In this document: positions 54,630 through 64,000 of the stretch, in pieces
How the letters are laid out: each line of letters opens with the position of its first letter
Numbering within the stretch: position 1 is the stretch's first letter
From: Microcoleus sp.
GTDB lineage: Bacteria > Cyanobacteriota > Cyanobacteriia > Cyanobacteriales > Microcoleaceae
Direction of reading: 5' to 3'
DNA: 64,000 nucleotides
Assembly (NCBI GenBank): GCA_042408215.1
Contig: JAYFMW010000017.1
Location: forward strand, 576,001-640,000
The notes under the pieces: model-generated
The model's input: the letters and a program-made list of their open reading frames with translations, nothing else
What the model was told of the DNA's origin: nothing
The model's database searches: none
Translations under genes and position numbers: made by a program

Positions 54630-55649
54630 CTAATTCGCCCAATCTTGCGGTTTTAAGAACTTGGAGTAGAGTTCGGCTTCTGGAGAGTTGGGTTCTGGCT
54701 CGTAACAGTATTCCCAGCGTACCAAAGGTGGTAAGGACATCAGGATTGATTCGGTGCGTCCGTTGGTCTGCAAGCCAAAGGTTGTGCCGCGATCGTACAC
54801 TAAGTTAAATTCGACATAGCGGCCGCGGCGGTAAAGCTGGAAATTGCGCTCGCGATCGCCGTATTCTGTCGATCGACGCTTTTCAATAATTGGGGTATAA
54901 GCCGGCAAAAATGCCCTACCGCAGTCCTGGACAAAGGCAAACAGCGACTCCCAACTTTGATCTTCGGGCTTGCCGATTTCGTTGCTATACGCAGCAGCCT
55001 TCCCTTTGACATTCTGGTCGCGGTAAAGGGGGCCTTGACCATTTTGGTAGTCAAAAAAGATGCCACCGACACCGCGAGTTTCTTGGCGGTGGGGGAGATA
55101 GAAATATTCATCACACCAGAGCTTAAAGGCCGGGTAATATGCGGGATGGTGTTTGTCGCAAGCTGCTTTGATAGTTTTGTGAAAATGAGCTGCATCCTCA
55201 GCAAACGGGTAGTAAGGAGTCAAATCGACACCGCCACCAAACCACCAAATCGGGCCTGCCTCAAAATAGCGGTAATTCAGGTGAACCGTAGGCAAATAGG
55301 GATTGCGGGGGTGTAACACCATCGAAGTGCCAGTGGCATAAAAATCGTGACCAGCCGCTTCTGGGTGCTTGGCCAGCATCAAAGCAGGCAAACTTTCGCC
55401 CCAGACTTCCGAAAAATTGACTCCACCCTGTTCAAAAACATTGCCTTCCCGGATGACGCGAGTACGTCCCCCGCCGCCTTCGGAGCGTTCCCAAGAATCC
55501 TCTTTGAACTTGCCGCTGCCGTCGAGTTGTTCTAGGCCTTGACAAATTTCGTCTTGTATGCCTTTCATAAATTGGCTGACTCTAGCTCTAGAGTCAGCGG
55601 GGGGCACAAACTGAGAAGTGGCGGTTTTAAGTGTGGTAGAAACTGTCAT
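54630..55649 (-). CDS. hemF: Oxygen-dependent coproporphyrinogen III oxidase
   Basis: [46 protein letters not shown]. Confidence 0.97.
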   Translation of the reverse strand: MTVSTTLKTATSQFVPPADSRARVSQFMKGIQDEICQGLEQLDGSGKFKEDSWERSEGGGGRTRVIREGNVFEQGGVNFSEVWGESLPALMLAKHPEAAGHDFYATGTSMVLHPRNPYLPTVHLNYRYFEAGPIWWFGGGVDLTPYYPFAEDAAHFHKTIKAACDKHHPAYYPAFKLWCDEYFYLPHRQETRGVGGIFFDYQNGQGPLYRDQNVKGKAAAYSNEIGKPEDQSWESLFAFVQDCGRAFLPAYTPIIEKRRSTEYGDRERNFQLYRRGRYVEFNLVYDRGTTFGLQTNGRTESILMSLPPLVRWEYCYEPEPNSPEAELYSKFLKPQDWAN

Positions 55650-55884
55650 AAAAATTTCTGCTTTCAGATTTGAGTTTGAGATTGACTGTGAGTCCCAAAT
55701 CCAGTGGTGATGTAATTATGCCACCCTAGGTCTGCAAATGATCGCAATGAAGATATGTTAAAAAATAGCAACAAAAATATACTTAAAGATAGTCGCTCGC
55801 TGCGATCGAAAATCAGTGGAGTTGGACTAAATCGCCAAATAGTTCGCTAAACTTATACAATGGGCAATTCTGGGCGAAGTCAAG

Positions 55885-56074
55885 ATGCTGTACGTGGTCC
55901 ATAAAGATCGACTGTGCCGATTTGGGTTGGAATTAGTCGAGCAAATTCTACAGTGGAATGGCGGAATAATTCTTGTCGCCAACGCCGAAACCCTTTCACC
56001 GCATGAAGAATTAACTCAAGATTTGCTGTCAATCATCCACTGCTTTTCTTCCCGACTCTACGGATTACGAAAGT
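55885..56074 (+). pseudogene. tnpA: IS607-family serine recombinase TnpA, C-terminal remnant
   Basis: HKDRLCRFGLE...EELTQDLLSIIHCFSSRLYGLRK. Confidence 0.8.
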
Positions 56075-57419
56075 TTGACACTCCCGGGCGTGAACGCGCG
56101 GGGATTCTTTGATCTACGACATGACTTGCTTAGGTAGAATTTCTCCAACCTGAGTAGAGGTCTCATCTCCTAAAGAGTTGCTTGCATAAGCGTGCAAAGG
56201 TGACCGTATCCCTACCGTACCTAATCCTCGACTAAGGATATTTCTAGCAGCGTTGAAATCTCTATCCATCACACAGCCACACTTACAAACATGGGTTCTA
56301 GTGGATAGCGTTTTCTTCACAATTTCACCGCAACTAGAGCATTCTTGACTCGTGTAATGCGGACTGACCGCAACCGTTACTTTCTCAAATACTTTTGCGA
56401 AGTATTCAATCCAGAGCCGGAACTGATACCAAGAAGCATCGTTAATTGACTTAGCTAGACAATGATTTTTCGCCATATTTTTAATCCTCAAATCGACCTA
56501 AGCTATCAAGTCGTTGGACGCTCTCTACGCACCTTGCAAGTTTCACTATGGTGCAATACGATTGCCTACTTATTTTGAGGTGGCGCTTACCTAAAATATG
56601 TCTAGCTTTGCCTCTATTCTTTGAACCTTTAACCTTTCTAGAAACACGACGTTGAGAACGTCTGAGGATTTTTTCACCTGTTCGTAAGAATCTAGGATTT
56701 TCAACCATAATTCCATTTGAATCAGTGTAATATTCTTTCAAACCAACGTCTAAGCCGATGGTATTGCCAGAGGGTTCCGTGTTTTCTTTCCGGTCAACAC
56801 TAATACAGAATTGGACGTACACGCCGTCTGCACGTTTTACCAATCTCACCCGTTTTATTTGGCTAATTTGGTAGAAGTGTAGATCGCGAGTTCCTTTCAG
56901 TTTTAGTTTCCCAATTCCTTTTTTGTCACTGAAAGTGATTGATTTTCGATCGTTGGCTAATTTCCATCCCGATGTCTTGTACTCAACAGAACGACAATCT
57001 TTTTGAAATTGTGGATATCCTTTTTTACCAGGAGTTTTTTTCTTACAGTTGTCGTAGAATCGAGAAATAGAAGTCCATGCTCGTTCCGCACTGGCTTGCC
57101 TAGCTTGAGAGTTGAGTTCATCCGCAAACGGAAAATCACGAGCCTGGACGGCACAGTATTTGTTCAAATCGTACTTGCCCATCTTTTCGTTGTCCATCCA
57201 ATAGCGTATACAGCTATTGCGGACAAACTGAGCGGTACGAATTGCTGAGTCTACCGCTGTGAACTGGTTTGATTTGACCTAGGCTTTGAACTCGAAAACT
57301 AGCATTGTTCAACCTCCTGACCTTATGCTACAAGATCTAGTATAGAATGCTCGGTAAGTTATTGAAACTTTACAATTAAAGCCGTCCTAAAAAGACGGGG
57401 TTTTCAACCCAATTTTCTG
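56075..57419 (-). mobile_element. IS605-family TnpB element (TTAT target)
   Basis: Minus strand TTAT|CAGAAAATTGGGTTGAAAACCCCGTCTTTTAGGACGGC ... GGGAGTGTCAA. Confidence 0.88.
56114..57305 (-). pseudogene. tnpB: TnpB with nonsense codon 9 and a frameshift near 56500
   Basis: MLVFEFKA*VKSNQF..., GLDVGLK, SINDASW.QF, TSQECSSCG, DRDFNAA. Confidence 0.88.
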
Positions 57420-57432
57420 ATAACAGAACACA

Positions 57433-58503
57433 ATGCCCAAGACACTCGATATTAGTTCAGTCCTAGAAATCCTGCGACCAGTCCAAGACCCCGAACTCCA
57501 AAAGAGTTTGGTGGAATTGAACATGATCCGCAACATCAAAATCGACGGCGGAGTCGTCAGCTTTACCTTAGTGCTGACAACGCCAGCTTGTCCGCTGCGA
57601 GAATTTATTGTTGATGATTGCCAAAAAGCGGTCAAACAGTTGCCAGGAGTCGAAAAAGTGGCTGTGGAGGTGACAGCGGAAACACCGCAGCAGAAGGGAG
57701 TAGTCGATCGCCAAGGCATAGAAGGCGTTAAAAATATTATCGCAATTTCCAGTGGCAAAGGCGGAGTCGGCAAAAGTACGGTGGCGGTAAACGTGGCAGT
57801 AGCCCTGGCTCAAACCGGCGCTAAGGTTGGTTTACTGGATGCGGATATCTATGGGCCAAATGACCCGACGATGTTGGGGCTAGCGGACGCTAAAGTGATG
57901 GTTAAGGATGGCAAAAGCGGGGAAAGTCTGGAACCAGCTTTCAATTACGGCGTCAAATTGGTGTCGATGGCGTTTTTAATTGAGAAAGACCAGCCTGTAA
58001 TTTGGCGAGGCCCGATGTTGAACGGGATCATCCGGCAGTTTCTCTACCAGGTGAATTGGGGCGATTTAGACTATCTGATTGTGGATATGCCGCCCGGTAC
58101 TGGAGACGCGCAGTTGACGATGGCCCAAGCGGTGCCGATGGCCGGTGTGGTGATTGTGACGACGCCACAGACGGTGGCATTGTTGGACTCTCGCAAGGGG
58201 TTAAAGATGTTTCAGCAGTTGGGAGTGCCGGTGCTGGGAATTGTCGAAAATATGAGCTATTTCGTGCCGCCGGATATGCCGGACAAGCAATACGATATTT
58301 TTGGTTCTGGTGGCGGGGAAAAGACGGCTGCTGAGTTGGGAGTGCCGCTGTTAGGTCGCATTCCGCTGGAAATTCCGTTGCGGGAAGGTGGCGATTCGGG
58401 TGTGCCGATCGTCGTGGGACAACCGGGTTCGGCTTCGGCGAGGGAGTTGCGGGCGATCGCGGGTCGCATTGCGGGTAAAGTTTCCGTAGCAGCTTTAGCT
58501 TAG
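57433..58503 (+). CDS. mrp: Mrp/NBP35 (ApbC) Fe-S cluster carrier ATPase
   Basis: N-terminal FeS-assembly domain (TPACP), SGKGGVGKST, DADIYGP, DMPPGTGD, ENMS. Confidence 0.95.
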   Translation: MPKTLDISSVLEILRPVQDPELQKSLVELNMIRNIKIDGGVVSFTLVLTTPACPLREFIVDDCQKAVKQLPGVEKVAVEVTAETPQQKGVVDRQGIEGVKNIIAISSGKGGVGKSTVAVNVAVALAQTGAKVGLLDADIYGPNDPTMLGLADAKVMVKDGKSGESLEPAFNYGVKLVSMAFLIEKDQPVIWRGPMLNGIIRQFLYQVNWGDLDYLIVDMPPGTGDAQLTMAQAVPMAGVVIVTTPQTVALLDSRKGLKMFQQLGVPVLGIVENMSYFVPPDMPDKQYDIFGSGGGEKTAAELGVPLLGRIPLEIPLREGGDSGVPIVVGQPGSASARELRAIAGRIAGKVSVAALA

Positions 58504-58532
58504 CTGGAACAGCATTATAGCATTGATATAGG

Positions 58533-58806
58533 GTAGGGACACTCAAGGGTGCCCAAGGAGTGTCAACTTAAGCCTGAAAGCCTTGGTATCTCTCGTTCAT
58601 AGCCAAGTCTAGATCCCCCTAAATCCCCCTTAAGAAGGGGGACTTTGATCGAACTCTTATCCCCCCCTTCTTAAGGGAGTAGGGTGTGAGTAGGGGTTGA
58701 GTAGGGGGCAAGAATGCGGGGGGATCTAGGCTTAATGGTCAAACAGCAATCTGTGACTGGGTTTAACGTTAAGTTGACACCAATGGGCACGCTTGAGTGT
58801 CCCTAC
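58533..58806. mobile_element. Composite palindromic MITE/REP element
   Basis: GTAGGGACACTCAAG..GTGTCAACTTAA ... TTAAGTTGACAC..CTTGAGTGTCCCTAC; same architecture as 12689-12995. Confidence 0.75.
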
Positions 58807-59366
58807 TGCCCTATCCTGTATTTGATCCGATTGAAAACTGCTATAAAAAACAGAATACCCTGATCCTGGATTTCTTTAAGAAGTCGGGGAGGTCAAGCGC
58901 GAGATCATTTTAGGTTGAATTAGAGCCACCTACTTAGAAGCAGTAAAACAGCACATTTTCGATCGTTTATTCACAACGAAAGCCGTAGGAAAAAGCACCG
59001 GGTTAAGATTAGCGATCTCCCGCCAGATTCTAGTCGGAACTAAGGGCGGAACAGAGGCGAATTATATTTGAGAGCGAAGCACTGAATTTGAGATTCCCTC
59101 ACAAGTGATATCAATTCCGGTTGCACCGTCAGGTGATTGTTGACGGTTGACAGTTAACTGTTAACAGTTAACTGTCAACCGTCAACTCAAATTTACTATT
59201 CCGATGAAGAGAGGATTTGATATGACACCTGCATTTGAGCGAGTTCAAAGATGAAAAAGTCATTTATTCTTCTGTGCTAACCTAAGCAAGCAGTAAAGCC
59301 TTGTCACCAAGGCTTTAACCTAATTTAAAACAATTCTTGTTTTTATAGAGGAGTGGTGTATTCCAT

Positions 59367-61007
59367 ATGGCAAACCTGATCGGCACTGACAGCAACGATT
59401 TTCTGCTCGGAACTTCCCAAGGCGATCGAATTCGTGCCTTAGATGGCGATGACACGCTGTTGGGTGTCGGAGGAGATGACACCCTAGAGGGGGACAATGG
59501 GAACGACCAAATCATTGGAGGCGATGGAGCCGATTCACTGATTGGCGGGGAAGGAAATGACGAACTGATTGGCAACCAAGGCCGCGATATTGCGAACGGT
59601 GGGCCCGGCGATGACTCGATTCGTGGCGGTTTGGGCAACGATACCCTGGATGGCAACGATGGTACCGACACCGTGTTTGGAGACGCAGGGGACGACTTAG
59701 TTCGTGGCAATGCAGGTTTTGATGTCATTGCCGGCGGTACTGGCAACGACACCCTCAGAGGGGGTGATGGCGACGATTCCGTGTTTGGAAATGCTGATGA
59801 CGACTTTCTCTACGGGGATGTTGGCGATGATTCTCTCAACGGCGGTAGTGGCGGTGACCAATTGTTCGGCGGTGACGGCAACGACTACTTCAAGGGCGAA
59901 GACGGCGGCGACACTGTTTACGGTGGTGCAGGTAGGGATTCGCTATACGGAGACGGCGGCAATGACCAGATATTCGGCGGCAAGGCTAACGATACAGCCA
60001 TCGGCGGCACGGGTTCCGATACCATTCGTGGCGATGCAGGCGATGACTTGATACAGGGAGGTGAAGATAACGATTTCCTGTTCGGCGGCAAAGGTGCTGA
60101 TGTTCTTGACGGCGGTTTTGGCGATGATTCCTTGGCTGGTGGTCTGGGCGACGATACAATTTTGGGCAGTTTTGGTAATGACAATTTATTTGGGGCTGAG
60201 GGTAATGACTCTTTGATCGGGGGTGAGGGTTCGGATACTTTGACTGGCGGCAGTGGCAGTGATGTATTTGGACTGGGAGCCGGGCCTGGCAGTTTGGCTT
60301 TAATTACTGATTACAATGATGCGGAGGATTTCTTTGGACTGCCGAGCAATTTATCTTTTAGTCAACTGAAAATCACTCAAGGCAATGGTTCTAACTTGAG
60401 AGATACTGTAATTTCGATCGACGGCAAGCTTTTAGCAATTTTGACAGACACTCCGTCTTCGCTGCTCGATCCAACTGATTTTATATCTGTTACTGGGACG
60501 GCTACCCCCAAACCAACTACGACTACAACTACAACTACAGTTACAACCACAACTACAGATCTAACTCTAACTCCGACTCCAACTCCGACACCAACTCCGA
60601 CACCAACTCCGACACCAACTCCGACACCAACTCCGACACCAACTCCGACACCAACTCCGACACCAACTCCGACACCAACTCCGACACCAACTCCGACACC
60701 AACTCCGACACCAACTCCGACACCAACTCCGACGGCGGCGCCGACTCCGACTCCGACGGCGGCGCCGACTCCGACTCCGACTCCGACTCCGACTCCGACT
60801 CCGACTCCAGCGCCGACTCCGACTCCGACAGCTTCGAGGATTCCTTCTGCGCCGACAATTAGCGTGCCCGATTCGCCTCTGCTGAGCATTAGTTCGATCG
60901 CCCCGACGGCGACTCCCGGACTCTTGGCAATTCCCGGCCAGACACCGATGTTCCCCTCGGTGCTGCCGAGTCCGATACCTGTACCTCCTACACCTTTCGG
61001 ATTTTAG
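59367..61007 (+). CDS. RTX/hemolysin-type Ca-binding repeat protein with Thr- and Pro-Thr-rich tail
   Basis: Many GGxGxDxLx nonapeptides; (PT)n tail. Confidence 0.9.
   Translation: MANLIGTDSNDFLLGTSQGDRIRALDGDDTLLGVGGDDTLEGDNGNDQIIGGDGADSLIGGEGNDELIGNQGRDIANGGPGDDSIRGGLGNDTLDGNDGTDTVFGDAGDDLVRGNAGFDVIAGGTGNDTLRGGDGDDSVFGNADDDFLYGDVGDDSLNGGSGGDQLFGGDGNDYFKGEDGGDTVYGGAGRDSLYGDGGNDQIFGGKANDTAIGGTGSDTIRGDAGDDLIQGGEDNDFLFGGKGADVLDGGFGDDSLAGGLGDDTILGSFGNDNLFGAEGNDSLIGGEGSDTLTGGSGSDVFGLGAGPGSLALITDYNDAEDFFGLPSNLSFSQLKITQGNGSNLRDTVISIDGKLLAILTDTPSSLLDPTDFISVTGTATPKPTTTTTTTTVTTTTTDLTLTPTPTPTPTPTPTPTPTPTPTPTPTPTPTPTPTPTPTPTPTPTPTPTPTPTPTPTAAPTPTPTAAPTPTPTPTPTPTPTPAPTPTPTASRIPSAPTISVPDSPLLSISSIAPTATPGLLAIPGQTPMFPSVLPSPIPVPPTPFGF
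60572..60830 (+). repeat. Intragenic 12-bp/6-bp repeat encoding (PT)n
   Basis: (CCGACACCAACT)n. Confidence 0.95.
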
Positions 61008-61071
61008 ATGCGATCGCGCCGGGAGTTGCGAGTTTTGAGTTAATTTAAAACTCAAAACTCAAAACTCAAAA

Positions 61072-61434
61072 CTATTTAAGACCTTGGGGAGTCTGGGCCG
61101 AGTCGCTCTGTGACTCGGCGGGAGCATCTTCTAGGGGAGATAGTTGTTGAGTGTAGCCCAAGACTTCGCGAAGCTTCATGCGGTGGATGTAAGGCCAGCC
61201 GCCATTGGCCTCAATATTCCTGAGCAGTTTATAAAGTGCTTGGCGGTTTTCGGGAAAAGACGCTTGAAACAAACCGTCCCGAATTTCTCGGTGGGAGCTT
61301 TCCAGTGTCCGCAACAAAGCCAAAAGCAGCACACTGTCTCCCTGACAACTTTCGGCTAAAGTCCGAATCGCCTCTGTCAGGGATTGCAGTTGAGACTGCA
61401 ACTTTCCTGACTCTAAATCTTTGCCGTTGTCCAT
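61072..61434 (-). CDS. Conserved cyanobacterial hypothetical protein
   Basis: LL.LLR.LE..HREIRD.LFQ...P..RQ.LY.LL..IE..GGWPYI.R pattern. Confidence 0.7.
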   Translation of the reverse strand: MDNGKDLESGKLQSQLQSLTEAIRTLAESCQGDSVLLLALLRTLESSHREIRDGLFQASFPENRQALYKLLRNIEANGGWPYIHRMKLREVLGYTQQLSPLEDAPAESQSDSAQTPQGLK

Positions 61435-61793
61435 ACTGCTGCTTCCTTTGAAATCTACAAGGCTTTTGTCCCCTACCTGACTGTCAGCAAACTAATTGAG
61501 CTAGTCGCGATCGCCATGAGGGGCCATAAGCAACGTAACTTAAGTAGGTTGACCTAAGCAATATTAATTTGCTGCCCAAGTCAGGAAAAGAGCACAACCC
61601 GTCGTACCATGTGTATTGGGCTACGATCCGAACGTTTTGAAAAATCCTAAGTTTTTGCTTAATTTCAATGGATTAGCTCGACTTTACGGCTTTCGGACGG
61701 TTGCACTGGCAAGACCTACCAGCGAGCAATGATATTTTGCTCGAAGTAGGGCTTTTTCTTAATATAATCTGATGTTGGATCTTGAGGTTGGCG

Positions 61794-62639
61794 ATGAAGT
61801 ATCGTTCTTTAATTGTGGCACTTTTAGCATTTTGCATGAGTGCGCTGGTGGCTTGTTCTTCTGCTCCTGATACGACGACGGTGGCGACTACCGAGTTACT
61901 CACCTACGACCAGATTAGAGGTACTGGATTGGCAAATAACTGCCCTAGCTTGGCAGAAACTTCTCGGGGATCGATCCCCATCGAAGCGGGCGGCACCTAT
62001 AAACTCACTGGTTTGTGTTTGCAGCCCACCACTTATTTTGTTAAGGAAGAACCAGCAAATAAACGCCAAGAGGCAGAATTTGTGCCTGGAAAATTGCTGA
62101 CGCGGTTCACGTCCAGCATTGACCAAGTTCAAGGTACGCTCAAGGTCGGTACTGACGGAACTCTGACTTTTACAGAAGAGGATGGCTTGGACTTTCAAGC
62201 AATTACGATTCAGTTACCCGGTGGAGAGCAAGTACCTTTCTTGTTTACCATTAAAGAGTTAGTTGCTAGTTCCGATCCTGGAGTGGTTGCGATCAATACT
62301 TCCACGGATTTGCAAGGGATTTTCAACGTTCCCTCTTACCGCAGCGCTGGCTTTTTAGACCCTAAAGGTCGCGGTGTTGCTACTGGCTACGACAATGCTG
62401 TGGCGCTTCCGGCTACTGACAATGCCAAACTGAAACGGTCTAATGTTAAGTTGGCTGACACCAACACCAAAGCTGGCAAAATTTCTCTCCAAGTTGCTAA
62501 GGTGAACAGTAGTACGGGGGAAATTGGCGGTATTTTTGAGAGCACCCAGCCTTCTGATACTGATTTGGGAGCTAGACCTGCTCTAGACGTGAAAATTCGG
62601 GGTTTATTTTACGCTCGGATTGAGCCTTCGGTGTCCTAA
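61794..62639 (+). CDS. psbO: Photosystem II manganese-stabilizing protein
   Basis: LTYDQIRGTGLAN.CP, GLDFQAIT.QLPGGE.VPF, FLDPKGRG..TGYDNAVALP. Confidence 0.98.
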   Translation: MKYRSLIVALLAFCMSALVACSSAPDTTTVATTELLTYDQIRGTGLANNCPSLAETSRGSIPIEAGGTYKLTGLCLQPTTYFVKEEPANKRQEAEFVPGKLLTRFTSSIDQVQGTLKVGTDGTLTFTEEDGLDFQAITIQLPGGEQVPFLFTIKELVASSDPGVVAINTSTDLQGIFNVPSYRSAGFLDPKGRGVATGYDNAVALPATDNAKLKRSNVKLADTNTKAGKISLQVAKVNSSTGEIGGIFESTQPSDTDLGARPALDVKIRGLFYARIEPSVS

Positions 62640-63078
62640 AATTGGACTGGACGGTCGATCGCACCCTTAGTAGTTTCTTGCCCTAAAGATACTACTCGTT
62701 ATTCAATAGCCAACAGTCTTTAGCAATGTAACTGAAGACTGTTGACTAATGAATAAACTTATGATTTACTTGCTATGACTTGCGAGTTGTAAATTTTTAA
62801 TTTTTAATAGATTAAAGTATTGCGTTAAAACAGCTTTTAAATTAAAATATGTGGTGAGAAAATCCAAGTAAAATTCTACTTTTAAAATTATACCTGTAAA
62901 ATTATACCTGCGGATGACCTCACCAAATCAATGCACATTCCCAAAGCTCAAGAGGTGTGTCGGCTGTCACAGATATTCAGTGCTAGGATTACAGCACTTA
63001 AAGATGGATTTTTTAGAATAGATTTAAACTAGATCTAAGGCAAAATCACTCCTCTACTCTACCAACCCTTATGCCACT

Positions 63079-63852
63079 ATGTCTACCACAGTTCCAAACG
63101 AGCTAAAAAACGAAAACTTGCAATTGTTGCGCGAATACCAACATTCTGCATCGAATGAAGTCCGCAATCAGTTAGTTCAACTGAATGTTGGACTGGTGAG
63201 AAAAGAAGTTCACCACTGGATGAACCAGTGCGGGGAAAGCTACGACGACTTGCTCCAAGTGGGGTGCATGGGCTTAATCAGAGCAATTGAGCGGTTTGAT
63301 TTGTCGAAGGGACACGCATTTAGTTCCTTTGCAATTCCCTACATTCGGGGGGAAATTCAGCACTATCTGCGAGATAAAAGCCCTTCGGTGCGAGTTCCGA
63401 GACACTGGTTGTCGCTGGAACGCAAGTCTGTATCAGCGATCAAGGATTTGCAAGTGCAGTTTAACCGCAATCCGTCAGATTCTGAAGTAGCTGCTGTGCT
63501 GGAGATTTCTGTAGAAGAATGGCAAGAAATTAAGCTAGCCCACCTCAACCGCGAACCTCTGAGTTTGGATGCACCAGTGCAGGATGAAGATGAGGGGGCT
63601 ACTTGTTTGGGAGAATTGGTCCCCGATACTAAATATCGCAGTTTTCAGTTAGCCCAAGAAGACCAGATTCGCGTACAGCAAGCTTTGTCTATGTTGGAAA
63701 AACGGACTCGTGAGATATTGGAGTTTGTTTTTCTTTACGATTTGACGCAGAAGGAAACGGCTGAACGCTTGGGGATCAGTGCAGTGACTGTTTCTCGGCG
63801 TGTTAAGAAGGGGCTGGATTTGCTGAAAGAGATTATGACTAAACAGCTTTAG
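63079..63852 (+). CDS. sigF: RNA polymerase sigma factor SigF
   Basis: DLLQVG..GLIRAIERF, AFSSFAIPYIRGEIQHYLRDK, DLTQKETAERLGIS. Confidence 0.93.
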   Translation: MSTTVPNELKNENLQLLREYQHSASNEVRNQLVQLNVGLVRKEVHHWMNQCGESYDDLLQVGCMGLIRAIERFDLSKGHAFSSFAIPYIRGEIQHYLRDKSPSVRVPRHWLSLERKSVSAIKDLQVQFNRNPSDSEVAAVLEISVEEWQEIKLAHLNREPLSLDAPVQDEDEGATCLGELVPDTKYRSFQLAQEDQIRVQQALSMLEKRTREILEFVFLYDLTQKETAERLGISAVTVSRRVKKGLDLLKEIMTKQL

Positions 63853-64000
63853 TCATTAGTCATTAGTCATTAGTCATTGGTTATTAGTCATTAGTCATTA
63901 GTCATTGGTTATTAGTCATTGGTTATTAGTCATTAGTCATTAGTCATTGGTCATTAGTCATTGGTCATTAGTCATTAGTCATTAGTCATTAGTCATTAGT
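63850..64000. repeat. STRR heptamer (TAGTCAT)n running off the window edge
   Basis: Direct reading. Confidence 0.95.

Noticed and set aside
60377..61055. Antisense ORFs (VG)n, (SELV)n, (RSWC)n
   Set aside because: Shadow frames of the PT-coding repeat.

Overview
This 64-kb chromosomal window comes from a filamentous cyanobacterium (Oscillatoriales/Microcoleus-like), judged from abundant HIP1 GCGATCGC sites, 7-bp STRR repeats, and psbO, thf1, cpcT, hfq and sigF. A housekeeping backbone is interleaved with accessory DNA. (1) Two divergent IscB/omegaRNA elements are present, one nested in the 5' end of a tnpB. (2) A 16-kb tandem pair of giant (~2500 aa) modular LamG/ricin-lectin proteins has a conserved C-terminal domain carrying two pore-forming-toxin-like beta-hairpins. 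(3) A TPR + FGE-sulfatase gene ends in a DGR-type variable region that abuts a 14-unit 85/86-bp hairpin array. (4) A group II intron is inserted precisely into the 3' end/omegaRNA region of an IS605 tnpB, and its EBS1/EBS2 match that site. (5) A 476-bp protein-free omegaRNA-only IS605 derivative splits cpcT; its decayed full-length relative lies nearby, nested in an IS607 remnant. (6) An orphan Imm10-like immunity gene is also present. All calls come from reading the sequence and motifs; no searches were run.
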